The position numbers and the translations under genes are program-made. A stretch of 64,000 bases of DNA from an uncultured Bacteroidales bacterium (GTDB lineage: Bacteria; Bacteroidota; Bacteroidia; Bacteroidales; Paludibacteraceae): positions 73,167-137,166 of the forward strand of contig CAKULK010000005.1 in the NCBI GenBank assembly GCA_934667275.1, written 5' to 3'. The notes beneath the pieces were generated by a model that was given only the letters and a program-made list of their open reading frames with translations, was not told where the DNA came from and made no database searches. Within the stretch, counting starts at the first letter, position 1; the number at the start of each line of letters is the position of its first letter. Positions 50,472-58,271 of the stretch are shown here, one piece after another.

Positions 50472-51329
50472 TCATAGGTTCCCCCACACTGTCGGCCACG
50501 TATTCTTTGTAATCCCCGCCATCTCGGTCATCTGAACATGTGCGGTCTCCCTGAGCCGTGCCACCTCATCTTTTCTCGGTTGCGTGGTATCGGGGAAGAT
50601 AGGCTCGCCGATAGTCACCGTCAGCAGCGGCAAATCTTTCGGACCGAACAACCGGCATATACCCTTTCGCTCTCTGTAGGTTATCACGCACGGCAACAAT
50701 GGCATGTTGTAGCGGTAACTCATTGTAAACGCTCCCTTTTGGAAGGGTCGCAGCGGCTTGTACATATCCCATCGGCAACTCTCAGGAAAGATATGGAACC
50801 ACCATCCGCGCCGGTGGAACTCGTCAAAGGCTTCGTTGAATTTCTTCTGCGCACTCATTCCAGCACTCGGTTCGGGAATCGGAATACCCCCTACCACACG
50901 GAGAAAGAAACTGTCTTTGGTCCTGAAGTTAGGCGCGAACATAGGGATGCGCGTCGTACACTTTGCCTTCACGGCAACTAACACACACGGGCAATCCAAT
51001 CGGAACATATGGTTGGCTATCGTTATCGCACCGCCCTGCAACTCTTTCTTGTACTTCTTCAGTACCTCGCGCCCGCGGATACGCAACCCCATCTTTACTC
51101 GCAGGAACACACCCAGACACCTGTGCAGTATCACCCTGTAAGCCCACCAGTGGTTAAAGCGCGTCAATGGTCGGTCGTCCAAATACGGATAGTTCTCGTC
51201 TATTGTCATCTCTCGGTCCTGCGGCGCATTCACAAGGTGCAGGTACGGGTCATCTTCGGGATAATCCATCTGTGGCTTCGGCACATATACGCCTTCTGCC
51301 ACTTTCAGGTCTTCATATCGTTTGTTCAT
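50472..51329 (-). CDS. Lysophospholipid/1-acyl-glycerol-3-phosphate acyltransferase-family protein (HX4D motif)
   Basis: 'ITIANHMFRLDCPCVLV' carries the LPLAT H-x4-D catalytic motif. 285 aa. 4-bp overlap with the upstream GH3 gene. Confidence 0.7.
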   Translation of the reverse strand: MNKRYEDLKVAEGVYVPKPQMDYPEDDPYLHLVNAPQDREMTIDENYPYLDDRPLTRFNHWWAYRVILHRCLGVFLRVKMGLRIRGREVLKKYKKELQGGAITIANHMFRLDCPCVLVAVKAKCTTRIPMFAPNFRTKDSFFLRVVGGIPIPEPSAGMSAQKKFNEAFDEFHRRGWWFHIFPESCRWDMYKPLRPFQKGAFTMSYRYNMPLLPCVITYRERKGICRLFGPKDLPLLTVTIGEPIFPDTTQPRKDEVARLRETAHVQMTEMAGITKNTWPTVWGNL

Positions 51330-53389
51330 GCTTGTGCTTCCTTGTTCGTTTCTTCCGTTGTCGGTTGTGCTACCTGTGGAGTCTCCTCCGTTGCGGGTTG
51401 CTCTACCGGTTTGGGTTCTTCCGCCTTGGGCTGCGCCGTCTTTTGGGCTGCCATAGCAGTCTCTTGGGCTAACCGCTCGGCTTCCTCCGCAGCCTTCTGC
51501 TCTGCCTTCGCCTCTTTGTTCTCCTTGCGTTGGGCAGGGCTCGCGCTGTGAATCAGTTTGCCGGTCTTACGCTCCTGTTTCTGCTTCAGACGGCGTTGCT
51601 TGCGCTCACGCACAGCATCGTCAATCGCATTGGCTTGCTCCAATATCTGCGTAGAGATACGCTCTATCAGCGAGAACTTGTCCCTGCGCTTCTCGTCCTG
51701 CATCAGCAGGTTAAACTTGAACTGCCCGTCTCTGAACCCGTCGCGAAGGCTCGCAGCCTTGAACCGTGCGTATGCGTTGTTCAGCAATATATGAGTCTGA
51801 GGCTCATGCAGACGGAACGACGCCCTTTTGGCTTCGTATTCGATATTCATCTCGCAGAGTTTCTTGTCCACTACCTTGGTGAACGCATCGGCTTGCTCTT
51901 TGGTGATGTCGTCTTTCTCAAACTCATAGTAGAAGTGGTAGCAACTGTCCTGCACCTCGGCGAAGCCTACAAAGAACTTGGTCTTTATCCCTGTCTCTTT
52001 CTCAGCCTCATGTACGGCTTCTATGAACTGGGGCTCGTACAACTTCTCCCCTGTCATTGACACAATGCCGTTCACCTTCGATATCATGTGTACCGTAGGT
52101 GTGTTGTAGTATTTCCCGCCCACTTCCACAAGGTCGTTCATATTGTATCGGAACAGTCCCGAGTAGGTCGTTACATACGCGCAATACCTCTTGCCTTGTT
52201 CCAACTCGTCTATCTGAAGGAAGTGCTTGTTCGGACTGTCTAATTCGTCTTCGGCTACGAACTCGTAGTAATGGAACTGCGGGAACAGCACCGACTCGTT
52301 GCTGTCGTCTAATGCAAACCCGAAACGGCACTCCGTGGCGATATACCCTAACTCTTGGTAATAGGTCTTGTCCCAATCGAAGTCGTCCATATACTTCTCC
52401 ATGTATATCTTCGTATTGCCGCACTTCCATGTGCTCAGGTATTGCAACCACGGCCAGTAGTCTTTCGGCAGCAGTCGCCCTTTCTCGCGCAGTATCTTGC
52501 GCAACTCTTCCGCACGCTCCGGCTCGGGCTGCATATAGGCGTCTAATTCCTCGCGGATACGGTCCGATATGTCGAAGTTCATACTCAGCGTACCGTACTC
52601 GATGTCGTTTATCAGTTCTTCGGTATTCTCGTCCACGGTACGCATGAGTTCGAGGATAGTCGAAGGGTTGGCGGTGGACCATAGTGTCACATCCCTGTGC
52701 TGCATCGCCATACGCATCAGCGTATAGTTGCGCGCACCGTAGTCTGCTATCGACATCACGCACGCGGGAGCCGTGTAGTGTTTCTTGATAATCGCGGGTA
52801 TATCGCGCACCAATACACCACTCACGCTGCCGTACAGCGTACCGTCGGGTGCGTAACCCTCTACCTCCTTGCCCACTATCGGGAAAATATGTCCGGCGAA
52901 GATACGGTTTCGGTGTTTCACGAAGTTCCACGTCCAGATGTGCGACATCTTGCCATACACGTCTTTCAGATACTTGTGCGTCATCGGCACCCACTTGGGC
53001 TCACTCGTTGTGCCCGAGGTAGTGGCGTACATGTCCGGCTTACCCGGAAAGAGCACGTTCTCCTCACCGTTCTTGTGGCGTTCCACATACGGGCGCAATG
53101 TCTCGAAACTGTCATTCACAGGCACATACTTCCTGTACAGTCGGAACAGGTCATCTGCATTCGATGCCGACAGAATGATGTCGAAATGGTGTTCGCGCCC
53201 ATAGACGGTATCTCTCGAAATGTCGAGAATATCGCGCAACGTGCGTTCCGCAGCCTGACGCGGACGACGACTCCAGTACTTCAAACGCACTGTCTCACTA
53301 CCGCCTACCAAGAATAGCACGGTGTTAATCAACCACGGGTAAGGTAACGCCCTCCCCCCATTGTCTAAATACGGTTTCTTTTTTCCCAT
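51326..53389 (-). CDS. GH3 (auxin-responsive promoter) family acyl-adenylate-forming amido synthetase homolog with ~90-aa K/E/A-rich C-terminal tail
   Basis: 'YATTSGTTSEPKWVPMTHKYLKDVYG' is the GH3/ANL AMP-binding motif. The body matches bacterial GH3-family proteins. Start chosen at 'MGKKKPY' (53389) rather than the ORF-track start. Tail 'KEAKAEQKAAEEAERLAQETAMAAQK...'. Confidence 0.7.
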   Translation of the reverse strand: MGKKKPYLDNGGRALPYPWLINTVLFLVGGSETVRLKYWSRRPRQAAERTLRDILDISRDTVYGREHHFDIILSASNADDLFRLYRKYVPVNDSFETLRPYVERHKNGEENVLFPGKPDMYATTSGTTSEPKWVPMTHKYLKDVYGKMSHIWTWNFVKHRNRIFAGHIFPIVGKEVEGYAPDGTLYGSVSGVLVRDIPAIIKKHYTAPACVMSIADYGARNYTLMRMAMQHRDVTLWSTANPSTILELMRTVDENTEELINDIEYGTLSMNFDISDRIREELDAYMQPEPERAEELRKILREKGRLLPKDYWPWLQYLSTWKCGNTKIYMEKYMDDFDWDKTYYQELGYIATECRFGFALDDSNESVLFPQFHYYEFVAEDELDSPNKHFLQIDELEQGKRYCAYVTTYSGLFRYNMNDLVEVGGKYYNTPTVHMISKVNGIVSMTGEKLYEPQFIEAVHEAEKETGIKTKFFVGFAEVQDSCYHFYYEFEKDDITKEQADAFTKVVDKKLCEMNIEYEAKRASFRLHEPQTHILLNNAYARFKAASLRDGFRDGQFKFNLLMQDEKRRDKFSLIERISTQILEQANAIDDAVRERKQRRLKQKQERKTGKLIHSASPAQRKENKEAKAEQKAAEEAERLAQETAMAAQKTAQPKAEEPKPVEQPATEETPQVAQPTTEETNKEAQA

Positions 53390-53893
53390 AACAAAATTTT
53401 TCTTCCCTGTTCCCAAATCCCCTGCACACCCGCGACAGACCCGCGATGGACTCATAACGTAGTCTGCACGTACCGCACATGCTTGTACACGGAATGTGCC
53501 ACCTCCGTATTCCCCTTGCGAACAAGGACATTCAACTATTCCTCTCCTTCTTATCCATCCCACATCGGCACCTGTACCTTTCTCAAGGAACCACCAATAC
53601 CGCCCGCAAAATTACTGATTTTATTTGGAATATGCAAATCCGCCCCTATTCACCCGCAAAAATACCACTATAAATCGTACATCATAATTTCGCAAATCGT
53701 AAATTCGTAAATGAATTAATGGTTAATTCGTGGTAATTAATGTTCCATTTCATTAGTTGTTGGCGAATGTTTTTTGCACACAAAGACGGCTTTATGGCAA
53801 TTTCACGCCGTTTTTACCCCTATTGATTATCAACACCTTACAAAGAAAATGCAAAAATAATGCTAAAAATTTGGATTTTGAACGATTTTGTAT

Positions 53894-53901
53894 TATCTTT
53901 G
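53894..53901 (+). promoter_or_regulatory. -7 box TAtcTTTG ('TATTATCTTTGCATC') ~390 nt upstream of the S8 protease gene
   Basis: Only TAnnTTTG match in the 730-bp AT-rich divergent region. Implies a long leader or an unannotated small transcript. Confidence 0.35.
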
Positions 53902-54293
53902 CATCGTGGAATTTTACCAACCAATGTTAAGGTAGAGTTTTACGTTACATAATAAAAGGCGTTTACCACAAAATTCTCACCCTCATTGTGGGATTTTGGG
54001 TGCTTTGTTCTAACGATTTGGAATCTCGCAATTTTCAATGTGTGTCTAGAACGTTGCAACGGTAGGATGCCCTCAAGGATATAAGTGTATCCGCAATCTA
54101 CAACTAACGCAAATGTTTCCATCTGCGATGGTAAGTTGTAGGTATGTCGTTTTCTTATATCGGCGTGGGCTTCGCGTTGTCGGTTCTGACACAATAGGCA
54201 ATGCGAGAGCCTCAAATCGTGGAACGACGGCGGTTGAACCCCACGTTTTTTATTTTGTGAATACCAAAAGAAACATAAAACAATACACATATT

Positions 54294-57200
54294 ATGAAAA
54301 AACATTTTTCTCTTTTCATTCTCTTATTCTGTTGCCTGCCATTCTTTGCACAAAGCAGCAACAACGAAGACGAAGTGGTCAAAATCGACCGCATCAACTA
54401 TGGTGCCTACCGTGATGGCGAAGTAATCGTCAAGTTCAAAGACGATTGTTCTGCCGTCATGCGTGCCCCGCGCCGTGCGCGTTTCTCGTCGGCACAGGCA
54501 ACTGCTGTGGACCAACTCTTTGCCACCCTTGGCGTGGATTCCGTAGAGGAACTGATGCCACGGACAGGCGCGCGTCCTATGCCCCGCCGTATCAAAGCCT
54601 ACAGCGGCAAGGACGTAGAGCCCAAGAACCTCCACAAACTCTATCGTATCACCTTGAGCGAACAGGCACGCCAGCAGCGCAGCATCCATGAGGTAGTCAG
54701 CCAACTCCAAGCCCTTGATGAGGTGGAGTATGCCGAGCCAAACTACCTTGTCTATGCCATGTCCACCACAGATAGAGGCGATGCCGTCACGTATATGTCC
54801 GAACCTCTCTATAGCCAGCAATGGGGATATGCTGCCATCAATCTCCCCTATCTGTGGAACCTGCCCAAGGTGCGCACCAAACGCCCTGTGATTGCCATAT
54901 TGGACACGGGCGTGGATATAGAGCACCCCGACCTCGCAGCCAATATCTGGACGAATGAGAAAGAGGCAACCGGTGTTGAGGGGCAAGACGATGATAGAAA
55001 TGGTTTCAAAGACGATATCCACGGTTGGGACTTTGTCAACCAGCGCAGCAAAATTGCCGACTACAACGGACATGGCACCCACTGCGCAGGTATTGCTGCC
55101 GCCGTAGGCGATAACGGTATCGGTATCACGGGTGCCAACCCCGACGCACTCATTATGCCGGTAGTCGTTATGCAGGCAGATGGTACAGGCGATGTTGCTA
55201 CAATCATCAAGGGTATTGATTATGCTGCTGCCAATGGTGCTGATGTCATCTCTATGTCCTTTGGCGGCTATGGTTACTCGCTTGCTGAGGAGCAAGCACT
55301 GGGACGTGCGTATGCAACGGCAGTCTTGGTCGCTGCTGCGGGAAATGACTATAAGTGTATTATGCCGCACGACTGCCCCGTCAATCACAAGAGCGCAATG
55401 GAAAATGGTCCGATGTTCCCTGCTGCATTTACTTTTGTCTTAGGCGTGGAGGCTTCTTCTCAATTAGGCTTGGCAAGTTTCAGCAATTTCGATGAAGATG
55501 GTCCTATATATTCCACTTTCGGTGAAGAAAAACTCTACAACTACGAACTGCGTGCACCGGGTGTCGGTATTGTGAGCACGTTTCCGGGTGGGCGATACAA
55601 GAAACTGAATGGTACATCTATGGCATGCCCGATGGTGGCAGGTGCTGTCAGTCGCCTGCTGCAAGTCAAGACAGACTCTGCTTTGGTGAGCAAAGAAGTG
55701 CTCTTTGGCGACCTTATCCATAGCCGATCGGGCTGGTTCGGCAACATCAATATGAAGACGGTGTACAACTACTCGGATGCGAACCGCAAACCGACATTGT
55801 ATCTCATAGGTCAAGAAATGCAAGACACCATTGTAGGTGATGGGGATAGCGAATATGATGTAGGGGAGACCATCGAATTTTACCCTATCCTGCGCAACGA
55901 TTGGGGAACGGCAAAGAATATCCGCTTTTGGATGTGCACGGGGCAATATACGGATGGTGTATGGGTAATGGGCGACACCGCACAAATTCACTATCTGACC
56001 GATACGGTTTCTTTTGGCAAGCCGCTGAGTAGTTACGCTAAAAACAAATCACTCAACCCGATACGCTTCTCTATCAACTCCAATTGTGCAGATGGGGTAC
56101 ATATCCCGCTCACATTCTATGCTGTATGTGATAATATGACTGACACACTCCGCCGGACATTTACCATCACTGTCAATAATGGCGTGGAAATTGGTGGTAT
56201 GCTAACAGAAGATATGACGTTATATCCGCAAGTACATTATGTTGTCACCAAAAGATTAGCAATTCCTAAAAATGTGACATTAACGCTTTCCCCAGGAACC
56301 ACTCTGAAATTTAAAGATAACACTGGACTGACAATAGAGGGACATCTAATTGCCCAAGGCACCCCTGATAGTACAATAACATTTACAAAAGCGGATAATG
56401 CTTTGGGTACAATATCAGAATTTTCTCTTTATGGTGATGGTGACACCCTCAAGTATTGTATATTCGAAAGATTATCTGCCCAAGGGTATCTCCTAATGAT
56501 GTATCGTCACAAATACTACCTTGAAAATTGTTGCATTAGAAATAATGCTACTGATTTCATTATTACTGATAATACTAATTCTGGAACATGTGTAGTAAAA
56601 ACAAATCTATACAACAACCTCACGCACCGAACACTTTGTGTCCCCACAGTACACTGTTCCAATATTGTCAATAACCACGCTACATCTAAATCATATTGTT
56701 CAGGTCTCGTTGCAGATAAACTAAATATCCAAGTTACAAACAATAATGTATTTTCAAATACTGCACCAGATGGGCAGATACAAAATTTTCACTCTAACGA
56801 TAACGCTTCCATCATTTGGGATGCCCCTCAATATTGGGGAAGTAATAATGAGACCATAATTCGAGAAGGTATTTGGGATATTAATCACCCAATAGGGACA
56901 TTTGATTGTTCCTGGCATTACGACATAACAAAGCGCTTGCACCGCCCAAGTTCAGAAGCCCATGGTATTGTTTGGAAAGTGGTCGTTGACGGCTACGATG
57001 CACAAGATGAGTTTGAGCAGTTGCCACCAATTGGCGTAGGCACACATACCTGTCAAGTATATTTCAATCGTGCGATGGATACCCTTATCACGCCTTTAGT
57101 GTCCTACGGTGTTCGCCCACCCTACACGCAGCACGCTATCACGGGAGGCTCTTGGTCTGCCGATTCCACTATTTACACAGCCAACTTTACCATTGATGCC

Positions 57201-58271
57201 AAAACAGCCTCCGATGGTCTCAACCGTTTCTATGTCGCCGACGCACAAGATAACGAACATTTCGAAGTTCCGATAGAGAATGTTCGTTTCAATATGCAGA
57301 TAGAGGCGGCAGGCTCTATGTCAACAGGTCTCATGGCAGAGGCAGGCTTGGGAAAGGTCACCCTCAGTTGGGAAACTGACGAGGAAGACTTTGCCGACCT
57401 CTTGGGCTACAATATCTATCGTTGGACAGGTGATACTATATGGACCAACTCGCAGCATACACAGTTCCGTATAGACACCATTCAAGTTAATGAATCGCTG
57501 ATAGATTCCGAAGAGCAGAATTTTGTGGACTACAACGTTACCCCGGGCAAACCCTACTACTACATCATCAAGCAAATCACTACCTCACTCAACCAATACA
57601 ACCTCTCCAATCCCGTTGTGGCAACTCCGCTGACTTCTATCAAGGGAGATGCCAACGGCTCTATGTCTGTGGATGTGGCGGATGTGATTACCGAGGTGAA
57701 CTACATCGCTCGTCAGAACCCGCAACCGTTTATCTTCGAGGCAGCCGATGTCAATTCGGATAATACGATTGATATTCTTGATGTGGTGGGGACGATTAAC
57801 CTCATTCTGCATCCTGAGAACAAGTCGCAAGCTGTAAATAGCGGTTCGGCTACGTATTATATAGAGAATGGCATTCTCTATGTGGATGCCGATGTGGCGT
57901 TGGGCGGTGTACAATTTACGTTGGCTACCGATTCGGCGACAGCCACTATCACCCCGTTGGATGCCCTCTCGCAGTTTGAGAAAGTGTCGCAATGGAACAA
58001 TTCCGAGGAGTACTTCTTTATGGCATATTCTATGTCGGGCAAGACCATCGGTGTCGGCGAAACTGCCCTTATGCAAGTGGGCAATGCGGATATTTCGTCT
58101 ATCGTGCTTTCCGACACACAGGGGCATAATGTGAAGGCTGCGCCGCGTATCTCTACCCGCCTTGATGGAACCACCTTTATGCCGAACACCGAAAAGTATA
58201 TCCAAGACGGCAGTCTCTACATCCGTATGGGCGAACATATCTACAACGCTCTCGGGCAACAAGTACGATGA
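54294..58271 (+). CDS. Secreted S8 subtilase-family serine peptidase carrying FN3-like module and a C-terminal-region type-I-like dockerin; no T9SS CTD
   Basis: Signal peptide. Catalytic triad blocks 'AILDTGVD' (Asp), 'HGTHCAGIAAAVG' (His) and 'GTSMACPMVAGAV' (Ser). FN3-like 'GKVTLSWETDEEDFADLLGYNIYRW'. Dockerin duplicated Ca-binding repeats 'DANGSMSVDVADVITEVNYIA' and 'DVNSDNTIDILDVVGTINLIL' at nt 57648-57809. Confidence 0.85.
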   Translation: MKKHFSLFILLFCCLPFFAQSSNNEDEVVKIDRINYGAYRDGEVIVKFKDDCSAVMRAPRRARFSSAQATAVDQLFATLGVDSVEELMPRTGARPMPRRIKAYSGKDVEPKNLHKLYRITLSEQARQQRSIHEVVSQLQALDEVEYAEPNYLVYAMSTTDRGDAVTYMSEPLYSQQWGYAAINLPYLWNLPKVRTKRPVIAILDTGVDIEHPDLAANIWTNEKEATGVEGQDDDRNGFKDDIHGWDFVNQRSKIADYNGHGTHCAGIAAAVGDNGIGITGANPDALIMPVVVMQADGTGDVATIIKGIDYAAANGADVISMSFGGYGYSLAEEQALGRAYATAVLVAAAGNDYKCIMPHDCPVNHKSAMENGPMFPAAFTFVLGVEASSQLGLASFSNFDEDGPIYSTFGEEKLYNYELRAPGVGIVSTFPGGRYKKLNGTSMACPMVAGAVSRLLQVKTDSALVSKEVLFGDLIHSRSGWFGNINMKTVYNYSDANRKPTLYLIGQEMQDTIVGDGDSEYDVGETIEFYPILRNDWGTAKNIRFWMCTGQYTDGVWVMGDTAQIHYLTDTVSFGKPLSSYAKNKSLNPIRFSINSNCADGVHIPLTFYAVCDNMTDTLRRTFTITVNNGVEIGGMLTEDMTLYPQVHYVVTKRLAIPKNVTLTLSPGTTLKFKDNTGLTIEGHLIAQGTPDSTITFTKADNALGTISEFSLYGDGDTLKYCIFERLSAQGYLLMMYRHKYYLENCCIRNNATDFIITDNTNSGTCVVKTNLYNNLTHRTLCVPTVHCSNIVNNHATSKSYCSGLVADKLNIQVTNNNVFSNTAPDGQIQNFHSNDNASIIWDAPQYWGSNNETIIREGIWDINHPIGTFDCSWHYDITKRLHRPSSEAHGIVWKVVVDGYDAQDEFEQLPPIGVGTHTCQVYFNRAMDTLITPLVSYGVRPPYTQHAITGGSWSADSTIYTANFTIDAKTASDGLNRFYVADAQDNEHFEVPIENVRFNMQIEAAGSMSTGLMAEAGLGKVTLSWETDEEDFADLLGYNIYRWTGDTIWTNSQHTQFRIDTIQVNESLIDSEEQNFVDYNVTPGKPYYYIIKQITTSLNQYNLSNPVVATPLTSIKGDANGSMSVDVADVITEVNYIARQNPQPFIFEAADVNSDNTIDILDVVGTINLILHPENKSQAVNSGSATYYIENGILYVDADVALGGVQFTLATDSATATITPLDALSQFEKVSQWNNSEEYFFMAYSMSGKTIGVGETALMQVGNADISSIVLSDTQGHNVKAAPRISTRLDGTTFMPNTEKYIQDGSLYIRMGEHIYNALGQQVR
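57648..57809 (+). other. Dockerin module (two 21-22-aa EF-hand-like repeats with 12-aa linker) inside the S8 protease
   Basis: The D-x-N-x-D/S-x-x-I/V-D-x-x-D-x-x-x-x-x-N-x-I pattern is repeated twice. Read directly from the translation. Confidence 0.7.
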
